A DNA stretch of 64,000 nt from Lingula anatina (Eukaryota > Animalia > Brachiopoda). The notes below the pieces were generated by a model that saw only the letters and a list, made by a program, of their open reading frames with translations, searched no databases and had not been told where the DNA came from. Positions 13,821 through 26,000 of the stretch are shown here, in pieces. The position numbers and the translations under genes were made by a program. The stretch lies in contig CM120641.1 in the NCBI GenBank assembly GCA_051362555.1, positions 7,192,001 to 7,256,000 of the forward strand, written 5' to 3'. Numbering within the stretch: position 1 is the stretch's first letter; each line of letters begins with the position of its first letter.

Positions 13821-14648
13821 CACGCTCGGCTGTCACCTTGATTGGATAGTAAACGGTTGTCGTAAAATCGCTAAAAGATATTAAAACCCGGTGCATAAAC
13901 TTGAAAACCACCTAGGACAACCTTAGACTGCCACATTAATCCAATACATTGCAAAAATAAACTATAACAAGTGGTTAAAGCCTTCAAACCGAATGTCGTA
14001 AAGTCCCCATATACCTCCATAGAGACAATAAAATAGAATAAGCTTCTGAAACAAGAAAAATCCAGTTCCAACATAATAATCGAAATAAAATACTGCCGGG
14101 CATCGGAGCGGCCTAAAACTTGGCACGCTTACCGCTAATACTGCAGGCTACATCATCCCGTCAAATTTGTAAATTCCGTGCATGGCATACGCACAATCAA
14201 ACCGTATATCCAAATTCCACCTTTGATGTTTGAATTGGTCTTCTCTAACCTACCATTACGAAAAAGAAGCCATGCCATTGGACAATGCGACCTCTGCGGT
14301 TACGTCATTTCCTGAATTGGATTGTAGAGAGGACCAATTCAAACATCAAGTTTTAGGCCGCTCCGATGCCCGGCAGTATTTTATTTCGATTATTATGTTG
14401 GAACTGGATTTTTCTTGTTTCAGAAGCTTATTCTATTTTATTGTCTCTATGGAGGTATATGGGGACTTTACGACATTCGGTTTGAAGGCTTTAACCACTT
14501 GTTATAGTTTATTTTTGCAATGTATTGGATTAATGTGGCAGTCTAAGGTTGTCCTAGGTGGTTTTCAAGTTTATGCACCGGGTTTTAATATCTTTTAGCG
14601 ATTTTACGACAACCGTTTACTATCCAATCAAGGTGACAGCCGAGCGTG
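13821..14648. mobile_element. 828-bp non-autonomous fold-back/MITE-like DNA transposon with 302-bp perfect TIRs and 8-bp TSD
   Basis: 13821-14122 is the exact reverse complement of 14347-14648 (termini CACGCTCGGC...GCCGAGCGTG). CTTGGATA flanks both ends (13813-13820 and 14649-14656). No transposase ORF. Confidence 0.93.
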
Positions 14649-15006
14649 CTTGGATACTAGCACGAGGTAGTACAATGTACCAGTAACCTGTAGCGGTATA
14701 CATGTATTGGTTCATAATGTACATGTGATTGTATTGTATATATCAACTTCCATTGTTTAAATTTCAACAGAAAATGATACAACAGACATACATGCATACT
14801 TACTTTCTCTGTTTGTCGGTTTTAGTGTTACTCTAATCTCTGTGACTTACTAGTAGTTCTTTAGTGCAAATGTACATGTACAATGTACTGTACATGCATG
14901 TACAGTACGATGCTGTTATTTTAAATCATTGATTTTAAAGACAACAGTAAGTATTTCAAGAAAACAATATGTTTACCAATAAAGAGTTCAGACAAAAAGA
15001 TCTTAC

Positions 15007-15484
15007 CTGTCACTGTGACGCTTAAAACATTCAGAAAACATGCTACAACCTTTTAAAATTAGATTCATTCATACATGTCGAGATAATCTTATTTACAATA
15101 TGGTGAAATAGTCACGTGACTGACGGTTGTTCAAACTAGGTCACTGGGCATTGGAAAGATTGGCTTTCTTAATAAATTAGTTTTATTAGTACAAATGTAA
15201 AATATAATGAGCTTAACTTAAACTTATATTTCTTTTTAAAGAAATCATTTACAAAATTTTCAAGCGTTATATTCAACAAAAAATTTTAATATATATGCTT
15301 TATGCCTGTGTAAGGAAATCCTCTCCAAAATGAGGCTGGTTGTCAATAACAACATACACACCCGCCATCTTGGTTGTAATGTTGGAAATTTTCTCGCATT
15401 TTTCGACTACATGGTGAGACAAAAGATGTAGTGATGCAAATATCAGGCTTGTTTTTTGGCTGTCAGGTAATCAAATAATTCACC
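15007..15484. promoter_or_regulatory. Bidirectional promoter region of ENKD1 (-) and C2orf81-like (+)
   Basis: Divergent genes. Palindromic E-box AGTCACGTGACT at 15110-15121, RFX X-box-like GTTGTCAATAACAAC at 15339-15353, YY1-type CCGCCATCTT at 15362-15371, and a minus-strand donor (CAG|GTAAGA) at 15006. Confidence 0.65.
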
Positions 15485-18400
15485 ATGTCGAGAGCAGCAG
15501 TAAGCAAATCTCGAGCAGAGAAAGGAGGAAAAACGCAGGGGTCGGCTCCCACACCTGCTATTTCTCATGAAATAGTGCCAGGGAAATTTAACGATACTGA
15601 TTGGTAAGTAGCTGGTAGACACAGCTGGAAATCTCAGAATAAAATCGCACAATACAATTCATTATTCTTGCTAGCATTATACTAACGCAGGTTAAGTTAA
15701 AGCTCTATAGATATCCCCCGTCCCAGTCGGCACTTATTTTTAATCGCACGGTAGATGTAATTTGCACGAGTACTTAGTAGTTATATTTTAATCAAACACA
15801 CCAGTGCTGTGGTGATTTATATTACATTAAAATAAACACAATTTTCATGTACTAGGTAATGACTTGCACCCAACAAAGCTTGTTCTTAGTATGTGTATAT
15901 CTTTAGTTGTAAGTAACTGGTACTCAATAAATTTCTCATTATCATTTTTGTACGGAATCTAAGGCATCCCTATTTTTGTTAGTGGGCATAAGTTTAAACT
16001 TGTTGGAAATGGGATCGCATTATGTTGCTTTGATTGTTATATCACTCTGTTCTAAATTTTGCAATGCAATGCTAAAAGAATATATCTAGAAACCGATGCA
16101 CCTCTACCCACTCACCCCTAGAAAATGCTCAAATACTTCCCTTTTACTTAACCACATTACACAGTTTTTGTTCCAATACCTGGTACATAAGAAGAGTTAA
16201 TGGAGCGTACGTGTATATTTGGCTGAGTGGTTTGATACCTTTTCATTTTTGTTTGTAATTTAGGTTATTGTCTCCTCTGGTTTTCTCATCATTTGACATC
16301 AGCATTTGAATCATTTTAATATAATATTTAAAATATCATATTTCAGGAATTTTATGCTTGAAAGAGATGATGGAGATGATTTCTTGGATGACATTGTTGA
16401 GGAGCTGTGCTCTAAAACAATGCAAATCATTCATGATAAGTACATTCAGCGACAACTACTTCCATACACAATTAGCCAGGCCAAGGAGGCAATTCTTCAA
16501 ATAATTGAGGTACATGTACATGCATGCTGTTTTCTCTCTTACAAACTGTCAGTTCTGATAAAATGGCCATGCCTTAACACTACTTAAGCAGGGTTTTAGT
16601 TGAAGATTTACTCAAGTCTAACATTCATTTGAAAATAAGTGAATTTGCAGTACATTAGCTTTATGTGAATTTGTTTCACTTAGACTTGTGCAGAAGCATT
16701 GTAATTTTAAAGAATTTTCAATCTTGTATTGTGCTTGTGCGCAATGTCATTAAATATATCTTAAGCATTTGAGTAAGAATATTGCTAATAAGTAAAATAT
16801 TGGTATCATAAAATACAATGTAAATTAGTAACAATACCATATATAAGATGAATACAAAAATATGATTTCTTTAACGTTTTACATGGTGATTTACATTAGA
16901 ATGTATTCTTTCCAGTGGCAGTTCTTGTCTCGTGATGAGGGAGAACCTGAAGCAGAGTCTGATCCAAGTTGGCTTGAAGATGAAGGTAACATCTCCCTGT
17001 TCTGTTCAAAATTATTATTTTTTTATTTTTGATACAATTTTGAAAGAATTGAATATGTCATCTACAAGTAACATTTCCGTGATGTTCCATTTAATTTGTG
17101 TGCCTTTGTATATTATTGGATATAAACGAGGACTGTTTTCCTCTCTCCAGAGCCCCAACCAGCAGTGTCAGACTGCTGGGCCCAGGGTTCAGTGCCCAAG
17201 CACAAGGTTGAAGTCAGCAGGGAGCCAACACCAGTAGAAGTAGAGTAAGTATATTGTTTTGTTCATGTACATTTTGAAATATAATGTATCTGAGTATGTA
17301 CAACATTCACACTTTTTTCTTTTTTGAACAAGCTGAAGTCACAGGTGATAAACTGCACGTACAATTGATACACCTCATTTGAGCATTTTTTACTCTGATT
17401 CCTATGTTTTATTGCAGAGAGCCTGAGGAGGCAGAAGTATCCACAGAAGAGCCAGCAGAGACAGCACCTATAGAGGAACCAGTAGACAAAATAGAAGAGA
17501 ATAACAACTTTATACCACACCCTCCCTTAGAAGATACAGCAGATAAAGCAATTGATGATAAGAAGGTTTGTGTCATTTTTGTTAAGACACAGTCAAGAAT
17601 GCTTGTGTGTAAGATATAACACAAGTGACAATCACTGACTAGCTGTCATTATTTGGCTGTCTGTGCTGGTGTAACATGTAGTACATGGTCTCTGAACTTT
17701 AACCCTTATCTTGCGCAATTTTTGTGGAGGCTGAATCCATCAAAGTATGCTGTAATGTTTTTTCATTATTGTCTTTTATTTTTTCTTTTTATTTTAAAAT
17801 TATGTATTTATTTATTTTCATATTTTCCTTGTATTTTTATAAATGTTTTCTAACTACAAGGTCACTGTCTTTTTAGCCTGAGAGCAAAGAATCTACAAAA
17901 TCAAAGAGAAAGATAAAGTTCAAACCATACACTGGCCGCTTGAAATCTGCGGGTGTGAGCAAGATGACAGAGAGTTTGGAAGATACAGAGATGAAAATGT
18001 TGGAAGAGGAATGGCGCAAACAATCACAGTCCATTATTGATGAACAAAAAGAGAAATATGACAAGTTGCTACAGATGCCTCTGTCTTGTCATTCTATATT
18101 AAAGGTACACTTATTCCTAAGTAGTGGAATTTAAACAGGTGTCTCTTTAAGTAGTTAAGTCATATCTTTTGAGCAGGTCCCTGGCTAAATGTTAAATGTA
18201 AAATAATGTTTTACACAAAGATAATACATTTATGGGGATAAAATATTTTATGTTTCAGATGCAGTCTGGTCGTCCTCCAGGTCACAAAGATGTCACTTAT
18301 GATGAGATGGGGAATGTAGTGGCTGTTATGAAGATCAACCCTGACAAGTTGCCAACTCATAGGTAATAAATACTATAGTCCTACGGGTACACCTAAGCCT

Positions 18401-20003
18401 ATAACACTTGGTATACAGTGGTAGTGAAGATTGGCACACAAGATGTGCTGTCACAACCAACACTGGAACACCAAACACATTGTTAAATCCAGTCATTTGT
18501 TGCATCCATAGAGCAGCCCACCACATTTCTTGAATGTTTATTAACACACAATTTAATGTTAGGGCAAAACTTTTTACATAATGCATGTGCTCTTGTGTGA
18601 TGTGAGGTTTGCAATGAATCAACCAATGTTAATGTATATTTACATGTATTATATCAGGGTGAAGGTGAAATACCATGTAATAGACCCAGCTGTAGAGGCA
18701 GCTCAGGCCAGACTGGAGGCCATGAGAACTGGACGTTACCTGACCGCCAAGACCAAAAGTAAGAAGACAGCAAAACCATCCATTACTGTAACAGATAGGC
18801 TGCCCACAACAGATATTGTTTCCACGGCAAAAACAGGTAAAGGTCCAGGTGCTGTTGATGTTGATGTTTTTCAAAATATACTGATCTTCATTGTACATGA
18901 TACAAACCAGCTTTGATGTACCTTATTTTGTTGCTAATTTTAACTGTTTATTTCATTTTAATATATTCACCCCCTCCCCCTGTGAAAAAAAAACAACTTT
19001 CATTTGATTTTAATGCATGGTGACATTAAACACAGTCACTGATGCATGATTAGATTAAACACTAAAATAAACATAGCCTTTTGGCAACAGTTAACCTTGT
19101 CACCCTAAAAATTTGGAATCACATTCCTTCTGATATCTTTGCAGTTAACTTGCTGTCCACTGCTGGCATGTCCATGACTCAGCAAGCTGTTAGGAAGGAG
19201 ACAGTGGGTCCCCTGCCACCCCCTCTGATAGAGTCCATGGATGTGTCTCCAGGGGTGGTGGTCAGGGAAGGGCACAGGGTCAAGAAAGGACCAAGACAGG
19301 TACAGTACTTAAAGGCGTGAATTGGGCGTTAGACCTTTATGTAGCAGAATTTTTATTTTTCTAGAAATTTCAATAGTTTCCTCTTAATCATCAAAATACA
19401 CTCTGTCCAAAACAGTTGAGAAAATAACCTTTTTTGAGTTTTTAGATTGTTATTTTTTCAATGGTTTTTAAATAGAATATAACTTGATGTTTATGAGAAT
19501 ATTGCTAAAAATTCTCAGGAACCTATGTTATAGCCTAGCACACATTTTATACCTAGAACTTTTCTTGACAAACTTGTAATTTTTTTTTTTTTTTTTTTGC
19601 TGTTCTTATATTCTGTTCAAATAACTACAGTGATGTTTAAATCAATTGTCATTTTGCTCTTCTTTGATAGAAATAGTAATAAGGACTTTTAAAAAATCTA
19701 AATGAGGAAATTGCATTTTCGGTTACAATGTGTAGGATTTCTTACAAATCAACCTTTTTTTTTTCAAAGAGAAAAATATTTGAACACAACTTTGTTGTAA
19801 TATTTCAGCAACCTCGCCAGGCAGATGTTATTACTGAGCAGCAGCTCCGTCCAGTTAACCTCCACAAGCAAGTGCCAGTTATGACTGTGACAGAACTACT
19901 GGAGGGACAGTCCCCAATTCTAAGGCCGCTTGGGAGCTCACCCCCAATACCACCAATTACACCCAATGGGTCACATAGACAAAGGGTTATGATGGAGTCT
20001 TAA
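15485..20003 (+). CDS. C2orf81: C2orf81 / DUF4639 family protein (~484 aa)
   Basis: Exons 15485-15603, 16347-16509, 16916-16985, 17151-17244, 17418-17565, 17877-18104, 18259-18362, 18658-18836, 19145-19299 and 19809-20003 total 1455 nt in frame. [42 protein letters not shown] and WLEDEEP..DCWAQGSVP match recalled human C2orf81. Confidence 0.88.
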
Positions 20004-23000
20004 TGTTGGGAAACGGGCCCTAAATGATAGTTATACACCCGGATATGTTACTGCCATATTCAGGGGGTCTTAAATGGCATTTATACCACCTGAATATGGA
20101 TTTGAACATTCACATTTATACACAATAGAATATTGTGTTAATATTGAATGATTTTGTCTCAAATGCCTGGGTATTAAATAACATTTGATACCACTAAAGT
20201 GATGCTTCAGTCCCGAACACTTTGATTTAAATCTCCAAGTTTTTAAATGACATTCTACACCATTAAATATGGTGGTTATGAATATTTGGAACATAAGTGG
20301 CATTTAAGTCCTTTAAGATTGGAGTCCTTATCAATACAAATGGTTATAAAATGCCATTTAATCATACCAGTTTCAACATTTAATTTCACAAGTATGAGGA
20401 GTCAAGGGTTCTTAATCTGAGGATGCAGATTTAATGTCATTTCTTTAAAAATAGAAAATGATTTAATGGAAATTATAAAATGTGAAACTGTATGCCTTTT
20501 GTGTATTGTAAATAATAATTGTTTTGGTATTTATATCTAGCATTGCTGAGTTTTTTTGTTCTTTTGTTTGTCATTGCCCCCCTCCTATATGTGATGCTTC
20601 AATGGATAGCAATTTTCGTATGTAGCTTTTAAGATGAATTGTATTTCAAGTCCTGCTTAAGTTTACTAATATTTAAAGATGCCCAGACATTAAACAACCA
20701 TGTCAAAGTTGCACCTTAGGTAGTATAATTCGTTGAAAATTGGCAATATTGAAATATGTATCAAAGAAAAGAATAAAAAAACAAAAGTTTAAAAGAATTT
20801 TGTGAGAATTGAGATTTACAATTAGAATAAGATAGACCCTTTTTGGAATAGAAGTGGAATGATAGGCATAAGAAAAAAGTCCATTATTATTATTTATTTA
20901 TTTATTTACTTATTACTTTACTTTATTTACTTACTAATTTTACTCACTGGTTTCTCTTCCTAAATCTTCCTCTTCCTCTTCATTTAAGTGACTAAATTTA
21001 AAGATTTGGGATTGCTAGACCTTTACTTTCAAAGTAAGGAATGTGCAAGGACATGTTCGTCTTGAAGGATATAGCGGAAATTACAAGTGAAAAAATAGAA
21101 TCATCCATCCAAAGACCGCCCTCATTGGCACTGAAAGACGGTCCATGCACGTCCCTGACAATAAATTTGTCAATCTCCGATGACAATAAATTTGTCAAGC
21201 CCCGATGTTTAAATTCACTCAGCGACGCCAGATTCGGAGTACGGTTTCAAGGCAACCCCATCCCTATCTCACATGTATCACTATAGTACCTTAAACCGTT
21301 TCAGTGTCTCAGAAAAAACAGAGTGGTTGCAAAATGCATTGCGTTTGCAAAATGTGTATTCACGTTTTTCTTTGGTTTGGCTGGGGATCGCAGCAAGGGT
21401 AACACTTACTCAGGACATATGCACCAGTCATGCCATGGATTTGTTAGTGTATTTGTCAGTGGTTAATCAGGCAATTTACTTTGAGAGCTAAGTGCATCGG
21501 ATATTGCTGCTGTATTTCTAAATATTTTAGAGGATTTTTGTTTTTTAAGCACACATTTTTGTGCATCGCAAATTGATGTTATATTCTGACAAACAAACTA
21601 ATATTTATTAGCTGGCAGGAAAACTCATCCTGTTCAACTAACCCGACTAATACAGTGCCACTTTGAATCAGTGAAATGTTTGTAGGGTCGCGTGACCTCC
21701 CTGAATGAGAGTTCACAAGCTCCATTGTACCGGGGCACCAGGGGGTAACTGAAAATAAAACGTAACTTGATGTCAATTTGACCGGCCCAGCCGACATTTA
21801 CATTAAAAACCGAACAAACAAAATAAACAATAATACATGGAGTTGAATCATATCAATATTACCTCAAAAAGACTACGACAAAAGGTTCCTCTAAAAGATG
21901 CAAAAATATGCACGAGCATACTTTATGTACTTTACACGCAGGAAAAGTTAACAAATCTATGAATACTGAGAGTTCCTCATCAGTGCCAGTAGTGTTCATG
22001 CTGGTAATGAAACCATTTCAATCTTTATCATTTTGATCGCTATCATTATTATTGTCATTTATTGTCATTCTGAAATCTCAATTTTACAAAAAAAAAAAAA
22101 AAAAAAAAAAAAAAACGGCACGATACCAATTTTTTTTTGTGATAGATTCTTCAGGGATGGAATGACGCCCCATCCGATAGCTGTTTCACCTCAACATACA
22201 TGTAGAAAGATTAAATTTACCATTAACGATCCTAGATGCAAAGTGCCTTTGCTTATGCTCAGAAATGAGAAATATAAACGCCGATATTTTATTTTTTGTT
22301 TTTAATAATAAAAAGGGTAGGTGCACTATTGAATAATTGTATGCACGCAAAACCTCATTTTGGGTATTTTGACGACCAATTTAACAATTTTTCCTTATCA
22401 CCAAGAAACACCCTTTTCAAAACTCGTAAAAAAATATATTATTTATAATCTATAAATACTTCTTCGGGAGAGTAAAATTCAACAGTCAGTATGCAATACG
22501 ATAGTGACTCAAAAATTAAAACACAAACTCGGGTTAAAACAAACAAGCAAGCAAACAAATAAACAAAAAGCATTTGTCACAAACTAAAGCTTTATTCTCA
22601 AAACCATCTATGACATTAAATATATATATTAAATATTCTAAACATTGTGTCAAATTAAACGCATAAAAGCATGATTAAATATGACATAGAATAATATAAA
22701 ATAATATAGTCAAAAGCAAACTTTCAAAATGAAATATTAATAAAGCGTTGCGATGGTTGCTTAATCCCTTAAAATTATGGATTGACAAAATAAAGGCGTC
22801 AGAAGTTTTTCGAAGAATGATAGAAAAATGTAATGATCAATCACTGAAACTTTCTGTGAAATTAATTATTCGTTAGCATTTAGATAGTGCTTTTTTCTTC
22901 AATAGCTACAATATATATTGTTTTTGCATCTCCAAAATTATAATATGATAAAACAACAAACGTTATATTGCTGGTAAGTAATCGATATATATTTTTAATA

Positions 23001-23091
23001 TATATAAACCTTCGACTCTCTAGTAATCCTCGTTGTTTGTCTTTTCATCCCCTTATACATCTATGGCCAAATTATCTGTTTGCAAACCATT

Positions 23092-26000
23092 TTACCAGCC
23101 AATCTGGTCATCATAGTATTTCTCTGGTTCTTCCACGTTACTCATAGAAGAGCTGGCCCTCAGAGAAATCTGACTTGGGGACACTGCGCCACGCAACGCA
23201 CTTGGGGTTACGGAAACGGTATTCAAGGAGACATCACTACCAGACAGGAAGCTCCCTTTCGCTTTTCTGAAGAGAGAGATAGTTTTTCCTGTTTTTTGTC
23301 CATGTCCATCAACGTCGGTAACAGAAGATCGCCTCCTCAAATCCACAGAACCTGCTGCAGCAACGGCTTTGTGTTTAGGGTGCCTGAAAAGATGCAGCGT
23401 TCTACGCGGAGTTTCGCTTTCAACCACTGAATGATCTGAACACGCGCTCTGCGAAGACTCACTACGCGGCGTCACAGATCCTCCGTCATCGTCAATAAGG
23501 CCATGGTCTTCCGTCTCTTCCTCTTCTTCTTCTGCTACTCGGCGTTTTCGCCATTTGCCTGCCATGAAAAAACAGAAGCAGCCTCCCCCGACTGCGAGCG
23601 CTACACCCGCGGCCGATCCTACCGTGATGACAGATATACCCTCTGTAGTAAGAGTGCCATCGTCATTCATGAGACGAAGCTGCAGGTTCCCTTGGCCGAG
23701 AGATTGTGATGTAGTTGACGTTTCAAAGCTTCCACCGGTGGATGACAGTCCAGCGTTGGTTGTCGTGAGATGTTCAACTGTTGAGGTGGGTATTGCAACA
23801 GTCTCTGAAGTTGTTATATGTATGGCAGCCATTGCAGGCGCATCGGTATTCGTCGGGGCTGCCCCAGGAGTCGTGGTTTGTGTTTCGAAAGTCGTAGCAG
23901 ATGCCTCTGTAATTATAGTTGCAGCTTCAGTAGTCGGAACTACTGCATCAGTAGTTGTACCTCGCCTCTTCATAGTCAAAGCATTCGCTTCAGTGGTTGT
24001 ACTAGTATTTGGTGACTGCGTAGTTGTGGTGGCTGCCTCATGGGACTTAGTTGGCGACACAGTAGTCATGGTAGTTGGTGACTGCGTAGTTGCAGTGGCA
24101 GCCTCAGTGGACTTAGTTGGCGACACAGTAGTTGGCGACTGCGTTGTGTTAGTTGCTGCCTCAGTAGGTTTACCAGTAGTTGACGACACAATAGTCGTAT
24201 ACATTGGTGACTGCGTATTTGCAGGGGCTGCCCCGGCATGCGTAGTTGGCGACACAGTAGTCGTAGTAGTTGGTGATGGCGTAGTTGTAGTTGCAGCTGC
24301 AGTAGGTGTAGTTGCCGACACAGTAAATGTAGTAGTTGGTGACTGCGTAGTTGTTGCAGCTGCCCCATTATGCATAGTTGGCGACACAGTAGTCGTAGTA
24401 GTTGGTGATGGCGTAGTTGTAGTTGCAACTTCAGTAGGTGTAGTTGGCGACAAAATAGACCTAGTAGTTGGTGACGGAGTAGTTGTAGCTGCAGCTTCAG
24501 TAGTTGTAGTTGGCGACACAGTAGCTGTAGTAGTTGGTGACTGAGTAGTTGTAGTATGCGTAGTTGGCGACACAGAAGCAGTAGGATTTGGTGACTGCAT
24601 AGTTGTAGTTGCTACTTCAGTAGGTGTTGTTGGCGACACAGTAGTCGTGGTTGGTGACGGCGTAGTTGTAGTTGCTACTTCAGTAGGTGTTGTTGGCGAC
24701 ACAGTAGTCGTGGTTGGTGACGGCGTAGTTGTAGTTGCTGCTTCAGTATGCGTAGTTGGCGACACAGTTGTCGTAGTAGTTGGTGACTGCGTAGTTGTAG
24801 TTGCTGCCTCAGAATGCGTAGTTGGTGACACAGTAGCCGTAGTAGTTGGTGACTGAGTAGTTGTAGTATGCGTAGTTGGCGACACAGAAGCCGTAGGATT
24901 TGGTGACTGCGTTGTTGTAGTTGCTACTTCAGTAGGTGTTGTTGGTGACACAGTAGACGTAGTAGTTGGTGACTGCGTAGTTGTAGTGTCTGCCCCAGTA
25001 TGCGTAGTTGGCGACACAGTAGTCGTAGTTGGTGACTGAGTAGTTGTAGTTGCTGCTTCAGTAGGTGTAGCTGGCGACACAGTAGTCGTAGTAGTTGCTG
25101 ACTGCGTAGTTGTACTTGCTGCCTTAGCAGTCGTAGTGACTGTCTTGGTGGTGGTAATTAGCGCCTCAGTGGTCGTACTTTGCACCTTAGTATTCGTTGT
25201 TGGCGATTCCAAAGTCGTTATAGCGGCCTCAGCGGTTGTTGTAGGCGCCTCATCAGTTGTAGTAATGACTACAAAACAAATTAAATATTTGATAAAAATG
25301 GCAGAACTTATCTTTATTTTTCTTTGCAAAATGCATTTCACTTTTCACCCTTTAGAAAATAGCAGTAGAAGCCTCAAGGCATTCATAAGGTCAATCTATT
25401 AAATGTCTTTGTAGGGGTTTCCCTAATGCAGTTTATTATACAGCTCAGTTCTTTGTGATAAATATTAATATTAGTTAGTTATTTCCATTTCTCCACTAAC
25501 AAAACGTTTCATTGCATAAACAAGGCTCATACTTACTTGTACTCTTTTCATTTGCACAATCTTCGTCCTGCAGCCCGTCACTATCATCATCTACGAAAAA
25601 AATATTCTTAAGGGATGAATGATATTGTCAAATATATAACAAGATATCAATGAGTAAATGTATATATCAGGAGATTAGAAGGCATGTATCATCTATTCAC
25701 CTTTTTTATTACAATATTTAATTTATTATAAAAATTCGCATTCAAAAGAATTCCAAGAGCAACCAATTCTTAATACCATGTCACAACAACATTGTAGTTA
25801 AGCAGAAGTCTCCAGGACATAAAAAAATAAAATTGCCAGGTAAATTTCATACTCATTAACTCGATGAATCATATAATAAGAAAAAGAAAGAAGAAGAAAA
25901 GACGGAGAAGAAGGAGAAAAGAGGCCTACCGATATTATTGTCACAAAGCTCCTCGTCAATTCTTCCATCGCAGTCGTTGTCAAAACCATCTGCCCCTACC

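Noticed and set aside
13871-14598. Two identical ORFs (MLELDFSCF...) on opposite strands
   Set aside because: By-product of the perfect inverted repeat; no recognisable protein or transposase motif.
21090-21170. Minus-strand frame IYCQGRAWTVFQ resembling a fibrinogen-domain motif
   Set aside because: Interrupted by stops on both sides with no further FReD motifs; likely chance.
21711-21740. Hammerhead-like CTGAATGA-GAG...CTC stem
   Set aside because: No GAAA after stem II and no stem I/III pairing; an HDV-like fold also fails at P3.
23555-24856. Val-rich plus-strand ORFs (329 aa, 69 aa) and a repeat array superficially like CRISPR
   Set aside because: Antisense of the copy B mucin repeat; units are codon-periodic and degenerate with no unique spacers or cas genes, and the context is eukaryotic.
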